Assembly: GCF_009914755.1 (NCBI RefSeq)
Contig: NC_060930.1
DNA from: the human T2T-CHM13v2.0 reference genome, Homo sapiens
Reading direction: 5' to 3' (one strand)
Length of the DNA stretch: 64,000 nucleotides
How positions within the stretch are numbered: position 1 is the stretch's first letter; the number at the start of each line of letters is the position of its first letter. The notes under the pieces were generated by a model. The model worked only from the letters and a program-made list of their open reading frames with translations. It made no database searches and was not told where the DNA came from. Of this stretch, positions 43,728-57,365 are shown piece by piece. The position numbers and the translations under genes are program-made.

Positions 43728-44308
43728 TGTGGTGACTACACACTGGAGTGACCTCCAAAAATTCCCACCACATGGAGTCCCCATTTTTGTGTCGGCAGAA
43801 TGTGGGTAGAACCTGTGATTTGTGTCTAGCCAATAGGATATGACAAAGGTGATGAGATGTCACACTTGTGATCATGTTACTTTATGATACTCCAGCTTAG
43901 CTGACTGGAGTGAGAGATTCTCCTGCTGGCCTAGAAGAAGCAACCAGCTAGGCTGTGAAGTTCCTTTGCAGAGGGTCAATGGCAAGGAACTAGAGGCTCC
44001 CTTCAGGAGTGAAGTGCAATCTCAGTGAACAGCCAGTAAGACACCAGGCCCTTGTCAAACAGTCACAAGGAATGAATTCTGTTAACATTGTGACAGAGCC
44101 CAAAAGTGGATTCTTCCACAGTTGAGCATCCAGATAAGAATGAAATCCAGCTGATGCCTTAGTTATAGCCTTGTAAGACCCTGAACAGATAATGCAGCTA
44201 AGCTTTGCATGGACTCCTGACATGCAACCATTTGGAGATAATAAATGATTGTTGCTTTAAACTTCAAGGTTTGCGGTACTTTGCTATGTAACAAGAGGAA
44301 CTAATATA
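43728..44308 (+). mobile_element. MLT1D/E-like LTR
   Basis: ctagccaataggatatgacaaaggtgatgagatgtcac...aataaatgattgttgctttaa...actaatata. Confidence 0.7.
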
Positions 44309-44361
44309 GAAAGGAAAAGAGGTAGGGTTTGGATAGGTTTTAATTAGAGGTATAAAGAGAT

Positions 44362-45165
44362 AATAATGATGTTGGTAGTTTGACAGGAACAGCGTTGAAT
44401 CTGTAGATTGCTTTGGGCAGTATGGATATTTTAACAATATTGATTCTTCTCATCCATAAGCATGGGATGCTTTTCCATTTGTTTGTATCATCTATGATTT
44501 CTTTCAGCAGTGTTTTATGGTTCTTCTGGTAGAGATAGATCTTTCACCTCTTTAGTTAGATGTATTCCAAGGTATTTTATTGTGTGTGTGTGACTATTGT
44601 AAATGGGGTTGCATCCTTGATTTGGCTCTCAGGTTACAAGTTGTTGGTGTATAGAAATGCCACTGAATTGGCCAGGCGTGGCGGCTCATGCCTGTAATCC
44701 CAGCACTTTGGGAGGCCGAGGCAGGCAGATTACGAGGTCAGGAGGTCAAGACCATCCTGGCTAACACGGTGAAACCCTGCCTCTACTAAAAATACAAAAA
44801 ATTAGCCGGGTGTGCTGGCGGGCCTCTGTAGTCCCAGCTACTCAGGAGGCTGAGGCAGGAGAATGGTGTGAACCTGTGAGGCAGAGCTTGCAGTGAGCCG
44901 AGATCGTATCACTGCACTCCAGCCTGGGCGTCAGAGTGAGACTCCATCTCAAAAAAAAAAAAAAAAGAAATGCCACAGAATTTTGTACATTGATTTTGTA
45001 TCCTGGGAGGGGGTGTGGGTTGAAAAACTACCTATTGGGTAATATGCTCACTAACCGGGTGACGAGACCATTCATACACAAAACTCAGCGACACACAATT
45101 TACTCATGTAACAAACCTAGACATGTAACCCCTGCACCTAAAATAAAAGTTGAAAAAAAAAGAGA
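44362..45165. mobile_element. L1 (PB/MA-type): inverted ORF2 piece plus forward 3'UTR, interrupted by AluY
   Basis: Minus-strand ORF2 at 44362-45004 abuts a plus-strand 3'UTR at 45005-45165 ending aaataaaagttgaaaaaaaa. Confidence 0.7.
44670..44965 (+). mobile_element. AluY-like
   Basis: accatcctggctaacacggtg and gagaatggtgtgaacc; TSD agaaatgccac(t/a)gaatt (44653-44669/44966-44982). Confidence 0.92.
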
Positions 45166-46822
45166 GAAAAGCCACACAGAAGTAGTTTAATACCTTCAAA
45201 AGAAGAATTGAATTTTATCCACCCCACCAGCATGTACTGAGTATCAGCTGTTCACAAACTAGTAAACGCTATGTTGTGGGGGACATACACAAGAAATAAT
45301 TTCAATCCCTCGCCCTTTGAGGGATGATACCCAAATCTCTGTCTTTGTCTCTGACCTTGTCTGTGCTTCAGCCCAGACCATTTGCTTGTCTACTAGAATG
45401 TAAAGCCCAGGAGGACAGCAACTTGGTTCCCAATGCCTGCAAGTATGACCAATAAGAATGAATGAGTAAAGAAAATAAATACAAAACCTTTTAATTTGGA
45501 GAAATTTTGAATCTATCTATAAAATTGACAGAATCCATGACCTCTAATATATTTTAACATGCTCATTAATTTTCAAGTGTATATAAAAAACAAATTGGTA
45601 TAAAAATAAGTAGCACTTCCTATATACCAGGCACTGACATTTAGATAAATCAATCACTTGATATTTTAATTATCATTTATTTATCATTATATATTACATG
45701 TAATATTATATAAGTATTAATCCATTAATTCTTGTCAAGATCTATGAGCAGCAACTATTATAATGCCCATTTTACATATAAAACTGTCAAGACACTGAAC
45801 TACCAAGGTCATCCAGCAGCACAGCCATGTTGTAGACTTCAGATATCTAGTAGTATACTATGCCATTATACTGTCACTCAAGGGTAGCATAAAAATTACC
45901 ACATTCATCTATCAAATATTAATCTCATGAAAATTATAAATTTATAGTTCAAATTTTTTGACCTGAGAATCTTTAGGTTGTATAAATAAAGTTAGGTAGC
46001 GGCAAAATGATCTTAACCAATCAAGGTAGGTTGGATGGAATTTGGAACTTTATAATGCATAAAATCCAATTCAAAATCTAAAATAGACACAGTTAGATTA
46101 TATGTAAATTGTTTACACTCAACTTGAGATTATACATTCTTTTATAAACATCACAAAATACCACTGTTTAAAAATGTTAATATAAATTGGCATAATATGT
46201 TAATGTTATACTGTCATAAAATTAAATATATAATCTGATGATATATTACTTCTTAATATAAATTGTTATATTTTCACTATTATAACCTTTAATGAAATAA
46301 AAATAGTATTGTAACAATTTCATCTGATGGTAAATCTCTGAGTTTATAGTTAGACTTCAGCTAAATGGCCTTTTTTAGAATCCTCAAATTATCTTTTTTG
46401 TAGCACAGCATATATTTAAATGTTAAATTCTTTACGTGTTTCCTTTTTTACTATGGTTGCAAAAACAGATTTTACTAGGTCCTACAATTCACTTTTTGTA
46501 TTATCAAACGTAGTCAGCTGAATTCTAGGTAAATATTTTTCTGATTTTACTTACTATTTTCCTGAAAGAAAAAAATTGTTTAATTTAATTATTCAGCAAA
46601 CCCTCATTTTTTATGTAAAACTTGAAAACCTTACTCCCAAGATTTGGTAGTTAAATCTGATACCAACAACATAAAATGTTCAATTTGTGGAAGTAACAGA
46701 AACATGCAACGAATGTCTATCAACTTGTGTTAAAAGTTTAATGAACAATAACATTTCTTTTTAATGCTGTTGACAGGGAACAAAATGAACCTTCACGACT
46801 AGGTCTATAAAGTTCTTAAGTA

Positions 46823-47212
46823 CAGTCATGCACTGCATAATGATTTTTTGGCCAATGACGAACCTCATAGATGACAGTAGTGCCATAAGATTATAAACAC
46901 AACTGAAAAATTCCAGTTGTCTAGTGATGTCCTGCCATTGTAGGGCAACCCATTGCTTTTTCTATATTTAGACATGTTCAGATACACAAAATACTTACCA
47001 TGTGCTACAATTGCTTACAATATTCAGTACAGTCACATGCTGTACAAGTTTGTAGCCTAGGAGTAATAGGCTATATCATGTAGCCTAGATGTGTAATAGT
47101 CTATACCCTCTAGGTTTGCACAAGTACACCCTACAGAGTTCCCACAATGATGAATTCACCTAGAAGACAAATTTCTCAGAATATAACTCCATCATTAAGC
47201 TACACATGACTT
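46823..47212 (+). mobile_element. Tigger3/MER7-family MITE
   Basis: TA|cagtcatg...catgactt|TA terminal inverted repeats; internal agcctaggagtaataggctata. Confidence 0.8.
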
Positions 47213-48406
47213 TATATGTCATTATATTTAAGAAAACAGTTTAAATATATTTAACAAGTAACAACTTTATTAACAATGTTTCTGTCCTCAGCTTTTCTGC
47301 TTAAGAAGAGTTATGAGAATTCAGACCAATTGCAAAGGCATCGTAAAATGGATGAGATGACAGCAGCGTCAGGGTAGAGGAGAGGTGTGGCTGGGGAAGC
47401 CACACTACAATTTGGGTGCTGCACAGCTGTGATAGGCTCTGATTTAAGACCAGTTTTTGGTGTGGGTGATTATTACTGGGTAGAATTGGTTCACATTCTC
47501 CTTCTCTCTTATAACCTAAATCGTAATTGGTTCCTAAAGGCCAGACCGTGTAACATTAAAAGCAACAACCACAGAGGAGTTCCAAATACTCTCTGGGTCC
47601 TTCATCCTTGAGGCTCGCATTGCTTGTATTTCAAAAGCAGTTGGTCCTACAGGCCTCAGGAATTGGAGTCAGCTGAGGCTATATAAACACCTAGCTCTGG
47701 GTAATATTATACCGTAGTATCCCTCCGTAGAAATGAGTTAAAAAAAAAAAAGGGGTTCTGGCTCAGGTATTCAATTTCTGCATTTCTTTGCCCATTTTTA
47801 GATATTTTCTCAGTGTTTTGCCATTTCAGGGCAAGATCATGACATACAACAAATGCACAAATGAGGCCCAATTTAGCAACTGTGATTCCATTTGACTATT
47901 AGGAAACTATCATAACTGATGACAGTTCACATGGTTTTCTTCCTGATGAGTTATACTAATAGTCACCTGCGGGTACTGCACAATTGTGGTTTACTCTAGG
48001 TGACTTAAACATGCACCCGGAAGCACAAAGATCATAATAAAAGGTGGCTTGGGTTATTGTGCAGCCATTGCAATCAATCACAAATAATATATTGTCTAGA
48101 AACATGTTAAATATACTTTTAATTTTACCTTACATAACAAATGTACCAACTAATATGTGATGTAAAACTGTGTCACAGGGTCCTATGACCACTGCCTTTT
48201 AAATAGATTTACTAAATTACAAAAATGTTAAAATACATGACAATATCCACTTAACAGATGGTATGTTTAAAATTTGGACAGTAAATGAAATTAGTATATT
48301 TTAATATATTGAATACATTCTTCCATAATAATTTATTACTGAGTGATATAGCATCTCATGTATCAGTATGTACATAATAATGCATAATGTATTTTCATCA
48401 GAATCA

Positions 48407-48795
<389 letters not shown>

Positions 48796-49801
48796 AATAC
48801 TAAGAAGAAAGAAATGCTGTTTACATAATTATATATAGGTAAGCATGAAATTGCAATCTCTGGCAAAATAAATACATAAATAGTACCATGCATTGATACA
48901 TTTATAGGAGCTTGCAATAGGTTATGATAAACTTTTTGGGGTTTTATTTGCAGATTGTTATTATGCCTAATAGGTTTCTTTAATGATAATGATAGCTTAA
49001 ATACATGTCTTAAGGATTTAAATTATCTAAAAATATAAATGTAAATGTTCATTTAAAACAAATCACACATTTAAAATCACATTATTCCTGGTAGTATCTA
49101 ATAAAGATTTTTCATCATTTTCATTGCAGGCAAATACACCTCAATAAAATATTGGAATGAAATTGAAAAAATAGACAAATGCAGATTGAATTTCTTCCCA
49201 CAACCAAATGACATGAATACAAAGGGGAAAACAACAGCAAAGGCATACAGTGACAAGGTAATGATTATTAATTACCAAACACAGTCAAATGACTTGATTT
49301 GGGAACAGAATTATATTATCCGGATTGCATATCTACAATTACTAAAATTACCACTAACTTTATTATATATGGGTAGGGAATAAAGTATATTGAATAGTCC
49401 AACACAAGAAAATGGACAATTTACAGGTGCTTATAACTACTCAATGTTAAGATTTTAAAATTGAATATATAAATGAAAGACATTTACAGGACCAGGCTGT
49501 GGCAGATTTCCAAATATGACCATAAATTCTTCCCATTGTGATCAGCGCATCCTTTGCAATGTGATTTTATTGCCTCTTCTCTTAGGAGGTGGTCTCATTT
49601 CCCCAGACCTTGAGTCTGGGCTGGCATTGAGATCTACATTGATCAATAATATGACAGAAGTGATTTTAAGTGACATCTGAGGCTGGGCCTTAAGAGGACT
49701 TGAGATTCCACTTTGGCTATATTGGAATTCAACTCTGCTCTGAGACCTCTACACAAGGAAACTGGTCTAAGATCCTCGTGAATAAGAAGTCACTTGGAGG
49801 A

Positions 49802-50178
49802 TAGATTCTAAACCTCAAGAATAAGAAATAAAAGTACAAATTGGTGTGATGAAGGTATATTCCTATTTTTGGGGATTGGGAGGCTTTACTTATTTTTAAA
49901 AACTCTATTGAGGTAAAGAGTTAAGCTGTAACATACTTCATTGATTTCCTCACCCTTTTTGGCTCTGTTTTACTATATCCCCTAATTTGTTGGTTGTGCT
50001 AATATTTGTAGAAAGAGGTCTTGTATTTGCTGCATCATAATGACATTTGTACTACTTTGACTGGTTTAAGTACAAATGAATGAAATAACCATTTTTCCTT
50101 TAGTTGACTTTACCCTGATTTCACCTAGTGTTTCAATGAGTAAAAATACAGCTAAAAGAAAAGAAAAGAAAAGAAAAA
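49802..50178 (+). pseudogene. NANOGP11: Processed pseudogene of the NANOG 3'UTR (probably NANOGP11)
   Basis: Matches the recalled NANOG mRNA 3' end (gggattgggaggcttt...ggctctgtttt.ctatatcccctaatttgttggttgtgctaat...gtgtttcaatgagtaaa.atacagct). A-rich tail at 50154-50178; TSD aagtcacttggagga (49787-49801/50179-50193). Confidence 0.88.
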
Positions 50179-50919
50179 AAGTCACTTGGAGGAGAACTGA
50201 GGTACCTCAGATGGCAGCCAGCAACAGCTGCCTGATACATGAGTGAGCCGCCCTGGACCTGCCAGTCCAACTGATACCCCACCAGCATGTAGCCATGTGA
50301 ATGGGCCCAGGCACAGCTGGCAGAAGGAACACCCAACTCACTCACAGAAACATGAGAAATCCTAAACTGTTGTTGCTCCACACCACTAAGATTTGGTGGT
50401 GGTTTGTTGCACAGGAAAAGCTAACCAAAACAGAAATTGCTACCAGGAGTGTGGTGTTGCTCTAACAAAAATCTAAGACATATGGCATTGGTCTTGCGAC
50501 CAAATAGGGGAAGGAGATTGGAAGGACACAAAGAGCCTATTAGCGGAGGCTGATTGGGCAGTGAGGGAACCGCCATTGGAAATTGGAGAAAGAGCCGTAC
50601 ATATTTTGTACATTATATATTCTGTCACCTGCAGTAACTTGAACTCATGATTCTGGCTAGGGAGATTTCCTTGCAGAATGCTGAAAGTGTCAGGTGGCTT
50701 CTTTTAGCTGAACATTATAAGGTGCTGGAAGAGACAGAAATGAGCTGTTTCATTTGCAGACACAAGGCAGAGGAAACACAGAGGCCTAGGATATGATGGA
50801 CTGAAAAATAAGATATTTTCTTATTCCTAGTCTTTCCAAAAAAAAGATTTGCAAAGTAAGAAAACGCTTCAGGGTAACAGCAAATCAAAGGTATGAGTAT
50901 TGTTGAAAACTCAGAAAGA

Positions 50920-51240
50920 GTTTGACTTGTTTAAACTCCACATATAAATGATATCACACAGTACCTTTCATTCTGTATCTCACTTATTTAATTTAGCATA
51001 ATGTCCTTCAGGTTCATCCATGTCATTGCAAATGGTAGGATTTCCTTATTTTTTTATGGAGGAATAATATTCAATTGTATGTGTGTGTCATGTTTTCTTT
51101 ATCTGTCATAATGGATGTGTTAATTGACTGTGGTAATCATTTCACAATTTATATGTATATCAAATCATCACACTGTACAACTTAAATATATGTAAGTTGT
51201 ATTCATCAATTATACCTCAATAAGGCTGGGGAAAAAAGAG
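50920..51240. mobile_element. L1MA 3' end with 5' inversion
   Basis: Minus-strand 3'UTR piece at 50920-51105 joined to the plus-strand terminal piece ...caattatacctcaataaggctggggaaaaaa. Confidence 0.7.
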
Positions 51241-53171
51241 AACATTTGGAAAGATTTAAGGTAGTGCCCAGTTGACCTTCTCAACTAGACAAACCAGCTT
51301 CTAAGAATCTTTAGGGCACTGCCCACAGCAGCCTCATATGTGTCCAATGTTTGTTTCAAAGCTGAGATTTTGGGGGCACAGAATGCACTACAGACAAGTT
51401 TTTAGGAAGCCAGCTTTCACTGAAGGGACAGCACCACTCCAAATGAACAGGAGACTGGAACCACAACTTTGTGTGTCTAGGAAGAAGGCTAAGAAAACTA
51501 TCAGTTGCAATCTTGAGCCATCTCTTACCAAGATAGCAAGGAACATGCCTTGCCCCTGGACAAAACGAACTGGCCACGTGTGGCTCACTGGATTTCAGAA
51601 TGGCTGGACCACAATTGCTCCCTCTGCTCAATTCTCTCACTCCTTGGACAGAAGCATCTATTGAAGTGACCCCACTCCTGCCTCATCACTGCATGTTGAA
51701 GAAGTGGGGAGCAGGTAACTTCTCTTTTTAGTTAACGGGTCTATGGATTGAGAGAAATTTCACCTGAGGAACCTCATCTCTATCTGGGCAAGATGCAAAC
51801 GATGCAACACAGGACTTAGAGCTTGATGCCAAACCAAAGGCTGGAGGAGACTTTTGATACCTTGAGAATGGATGAATGTACTTTCCATGCAGAAAGAAAA
51901 CAAACAGTAGTGACCAGAGGACAGATTTTAAATTATGGCCACAAAATCCTGTGGTCCAACTATGCATCCTTCTTTTGTATGGTGACTTTGTCCTTCCCAT
52001 CCAGGGGTAGAATCAATTTCCCTTCCCCTTGAATCTGAACTCGTATGGTACTTGCTTTAATTAATAATGCAGCAGAAATTACTTTATGTCATCTGATTCT
52101 AGGCCTTAAGAGGTCGTGAAGTTTCTGTTTTAGCTGTCTTGGATCTCCATCCTAAAACCACTGTGCAAAGAAAGCAGTTTATATTAGAAGATGTTTCCAT
52201 CTGTGGAAGAATTCAGATGTCTCATTTGTTACCTAGAACTAACCACCAGGCACGTGAATGAGGTCACCTTGGATCTTCAAGCTCAGTCAGCCCTGCAGAT
52301 GAACTCAGCCACAGGTGAACCCAAGTGAAGTCAACAAACTGAGGCCTAAGACTTCGAGGCTGATGTGTCTGATACCTCCTCTCTCTCACATCCATACATA
52401 CTTGATACAAATTCCTTGTAGGAAGAAAGCATTTTCCTCAATATCGTATTCCTAAAGATCAGCCCCCTGCCTGGTATATTGTCTTATATATGTGTCCTTA
52501 TGAAACCATCCATATTTAACTGAACTAACCAGCAAATCCACATACTGTGAGAAAGCATGAATTCTGATTGGCTTAAGCCACAGAGTTTTGGAGTAGTTTG
52601 TTACACAGCAAAGGCTAACTGAAATAAAGGCATTTACATGTGTGGGGGGGCGGTGGGAGTGGAGGGGTCCTTCTCCTCCTCCCTCACTCTGTTTTCCATA
52701 ATGAAAAGATTCTAGGCTTATTTCTTTGGGCCTGTCTCCTAGGCCTTTCCTGTTTTAATCAGACAAGTAATGGATTAAAAGTTGCAAAGAACAAGGGCAA
52801 CCAAAGTTACTCTGCATGAGTTCTGACATGGATTGATGCGAAGGGACAGACGAGAAGAGAGAAAATTAATAGCTATCTACAGCTGTGGGCTTGAGGGAAA
52901 AGATGAGTTAAGAGAATTTTTAGGGAGTCTTGCCTGTGTTGAGTCCTCTAATGACTGCTTCAATTTTTTTTTCAAGTGAATGTCAGTAAAGACTTACATT
53001 GCTCTTAAGACTTTCAGAATTGGAGTTGCATTTCTTTTGTATTTAAAACCAGTGGCTAGATTGAAAGAGCCCAATTTCATTAAAGTTATATTTGCAAAAT
53101 GTAGTATCATTTCACTTTAAATCTAAGGCAGATGGGATGAAAGGAATATAATTATCTCCGTTCCTAAGTTA

Positions 53172-53310
53172 CAGTTGCTTAACCTCAGCAATATTGACAT
53201 TTAGGCAAGATGATTCTTTGTCGTGGGAGGTGGTCTTGTGCATTATAGGATGTCTAGCAATGTCATTGGCCTTTACACATTAGATACTGGCAGTACCCTA
53301 CACCCTAGTG
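53172..53310. mobile_element. MER20 (hAT-Charlie)
   Basis: aacctcagcaatattgacatttagg...tgtgcattataggatgtctagca...cattagatactggcagtac. Confidence 0.75.
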
Positions 53311-56199
53311 ATATATCTATTTGAAAAGTGACAAAATATAGTAAATCTAAGACTTTTGCTGAAAGGTTACATAGAAATTACACGATTTTTCCAATATGAA
53401 TTAAAGTATCTTATGATGTCTGAAATTATGTCATTCAAATCTGGAAAGTTTGGTCTCATGTGGTGGGAAAGGTATAAGTGGGAGAGGGTGGATAGATCTG
53501 ATAGTGTGTTTGATTTATCTTATAATTCTTAACCTCTAAAAAATATTTTAGAACTATATAAAGCAAAATCTATTTTTTAAAAAACAAATATTTTAAAAAT
53601 ATTAAAATTTACCAAATTTTAATGTATTTGTCACAATGGTGGCAGTTATATAAGGACACATATATTAGAAAATGTGCTAGGCACTGGGTTGGCTTCTAGG
53701 GTGACAACAATGTGGAAATGCTTTCATCTCACGAAGAATTTGTCATCTCGTATGTATGGGGGTGTGGGAGAGAGGAGGGGACAGATGCATCAGCCTTGAA
53801 GCCTTGGATGGGCCTCAGTTTTGTAACTTTGTAGTAAATAATTTGGTAGCAAAAAATTGACCTGAATTGAGAAAAGACTATTTATAGTCTTTCATTATTC
53901 CACTTAATGTGAAAATTCATACTTTTCTCTGCAGAAATATCAACGTCTTTGATTGCAAGGTGCTGCCACAGACTCTGATTGAGAGTGAACCATAATAAAT
54001 AGTATGTGCACCGTATCACGTTTCTAAAATCCAAAAGATTCTGAGTTTGAAAACAAAGCTGGGGTCCTTAGACTTTCGGATAAAGGGTTGTGTGAATCAC
54101 ACAGAAGTGCAGGGATGGAGATGTGCACTCAGAGAGTAATAATCACAATAGAGAGCACAAAGCAATCAATACAGTGGGAGGAAAAACAGCACAGCTTATT
54201 GTGGCACTTCAAACCTTTTAGTTCTAAATCAAGACCACATTTGAACAGTTTCAAGCAGAACTTTTGTGGATTTTTTCCTGACACCTTTTCCTTCCTCTAT
54301 TTGTGGATATAATGTTGCAGGAGACAATGATCGGATAGTAAAGTAATGAAAATACCTTTTACCTTGTATCTGTACAGCACTTGAACTTATTCATGTTTTG
54401 TATACATTTCTCATTTGGATTCTCACAAATAACCTGCCACGTACACAGAGAAGACCATTAACTCGGATGTGAACAAGGAAGCTAAAGAATAGTGGGGGTG
54501 AGGAAATACGCCAGAAATCTAGAAACTGGAATGAAGGCTGAAGAGTTACAGAATAATGAACAGTATTTAGTAGTCAGACTCTTACCCTAATCTAATTTTG
54601 ACCAGATCAATTTGCTGATTATTTGATTCACTAATTTAATGAATTCCACTGTGCCCCTCACATGTACCAGCCGTTCTGCTGACCAGCTGTGGATGCAATC
54701 TGAGAGGATGGGTTTGGTCCCTGAGAGTCCATCAGGGAAACAGGAATCAAAAAGAATTACATCACAGTCCAAGTTTTGTAAATGCAAAGAAAAGTTCAGA
54801 ACAGTGACATGAAATATATTAGTATATTTAAAAAATATCACTTCTACATGATTAAAGATTATTCTTGTGGAAAACATGAAAGCCTACCCTCCTACTGTTT
54901 GCTACAATGGAAGCTAAGGAGAAAATGCTGCCTTCACATCTAAGAGTTTTCCTACTGAATTACATATAAAGGTGCATGTTAATGAAAACATGAAGACAAC
55001 TGATCTCTTGGATGAAAGGTTATTTCCAATCAGAGAGCACACACAGAAGCCTTGAGAAGGACTTCAAGCTGAGGCTGGACAAACTTGCCACATGTAGCCA
55101 GCTCCCTCCTGTAAAATGTGGCGTCTCCTGCTTTTGCAAGAAAGCCACCAAAACTATGAAATATTTTCCTGTTATGAGCTCTTAGCAATACCAGGGCACC
55201 AGAAAGAAAGGGAGTCTTGAAAAATGTCCTGAAATACTACCTTCATAGAACCACTTTATTTTAACCTGAAACTGTATTCCAATACCAAGAGTTTCAACAA
55301 TTCAAAATACATTGTTTGGTGTGGAATGGGGAAAAGGGGGGAGAAAAGCTGGTCACAGTGTTCGTATATTTTATGTCCAATATTTAATCCAGACTTTTAA
55401 AAAACCCACAGTTCTCTCAAACAAACATGACTGTTCTCAGAGAGTGCTTTCAAAGTTTGGTCGTTGCTTTTCATCAAATTACTGCTCTTTATCTTAAGTA
55501 GGTTCAGGATTTTACAATTTTACATTTTCACATTTTGGGATTTTGCATTTCAAATTACTGCTAATATTATTTCTTAGTCTCACCCTGTGATCTAAATGTT
55601 CCTTCTCTCTCTCCCTCTCTCATATAAATACTTATATTTATATATTTACATATTTATATTATATATTTATATATTATTTTGTCAGTATCCAGCACGGATA
55701 CAATAATTTGACACAATTTCACCTATATTTTATACTACCTGTCCCCTTGACAAGACGTAAAGAGAGCTACAATTTTAACAACAAAACTCATAAATCTCAG
55801 ATGGAGATGAAATGAAAAACAGCAAGCACCTAAAAGAGTGAACCTGAGAAATAAGGTCAAATCACAGAGTTTAAAGAGCCAGTGTTAGAAATTGCAATCT
55901 CAAATTCAACCCCCACCATGTAATTCAATTAGCCACTTGGAAGACCTGCACTCAGTGGTTAATCCTGCACAGAGCACCAGGTGGTGCTGTTGCTTTCCGC
56001 TGCTTCAGATCTAGCGTGGCGTTAGTGACCCTCCTCATAATAGAAGATCTACTGGACTCCAGAACCTGTGGCCACCGCGGCAGCTGCAGGGGTTTCCACA
56101 TGAGACAGCAGCTGGTGGATGTCACAAATAAATTTCCTGAGTGTCAATCCAACCTCACATGCTCAAGTTTATTCGTATAGTAATGAATAATTTTAAAGG

Positions 56200-56455
56200 T
56201 TACTTTTAATAATAATAGAAATCTATCTTCTATTTAGAATGTATGTGGCAGGCATATGTTGCATATATTTACTACACATATTATCTAATTAAAACTTTGC
56301 AATAACCGTATGAGGAAATATCCTCCACCCTCACCAATTTTACATGTAAAGAGACTGGAGCAAACGAGGTTCATCAACTCCCTTGAGGTGACACAAGACA
56401 CTAAACGTGGAGCATGGATATCTGTCTGACTCAAAAGCCCATACCTTCAATCACT
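56200..56455 (-). mobile_element. MIR
   Basis: aataaccgtatgagg...ttttacatgtaaagagactggag...gaggtt...aggtgacaca. Confidence 0.6.
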
Positions 56456-56954
56456 TCATTCTACTCTCACGTCCAAATTGCCCATTGGGGTTTCCAGAAT
56501 AACTTTACATATCACAACCTATCTGGAGATAGGCAATGTAGACGCAATTCCCAACTCACAGATGAGGAAACCGTGTCAGAAATGGGTATCTCAGCAAGCA
56601 AGTGCCAAAGTCAAATGAAACCCTCCTTACTCCCTTTCCCCCGTACTATATTAAAAACGATATGGCCAGAATCCAGCTGGTCAATAGAGCACCTCCAAGC
56701 TAGGCCATGATGCTCAGTTATCTTCCCGAGCTACAAACTATAAAGAGTTCTCCTATCCACGGACATCTTGACCGCCTATCTCCAGTTCTTCAACCTTGTC
56801 TATCCTCATTCTCAGCCCATCTTACTACTACTTGAGCCTCCTCAACAGAGCAGGAAATGTTTATGGGAACTGGCTCACCTATGAATCCACAGAATAATTT
56901 TCCTTTCACATGTCTATATTTGCATCTGCCTTGGTATTATTATTATATCATGTG

Positions 56955-57365
56955 TCACAGGTCAGGATAACAGGGAAACAAATTCTAGAAGGAATTTTGT
57001 CAGCAGGAGGTTTTTTAGCATGTGCTCTCAAGAACTAAAAACTTTAAGTGTGGAGAAGCAGAATTAGGACACAGGGAGATGCTGGACTCATGCAATTATG
57101 CAGCTGAAGCTAGGAGAGTCTTTCAGAGATGTCCAAAATGAAGGCAAGGGGCTGGGACTTTGCATCCAGGTATTGGCCAGTTGCTGGATATGGGGTGGCC
57201 CTGGGAGGAGGTATAACTTGAGAAAGGCAGATCCCCGGGGCTGAGGATCAGTCCTGGGGAGAGGCTCAGCTGTGAGTCTTCAGCAGGCAACATTTGGAGA
57301 GCTGGGAATGAGGGCCTCAGAGCTGAGGGGCATGGTCTGCACTGTGCCCCAGTCATCTGCTGCAC
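56955..57365. mobile_element. Old ERVL LTR (LTR16/33-like)
   Basis: GC-richer block, gagctgggaatgagggcctcag-type motifs. Confidence 0.4.

Larger units (their letters stand above)
49498..52626 (+). mobile_element. MLT1 (G/H-like) MaLR provirus remnant: LTR (49498-50432), internal region, LTR (about 51920-52626)
   Basis: Two related LTRs (gccttaagagg, aagc/ggctaac..aaa.a ends). The internal region starts gaaattgctaccaggagtgtggtgttgct. Confidence 0.7.
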
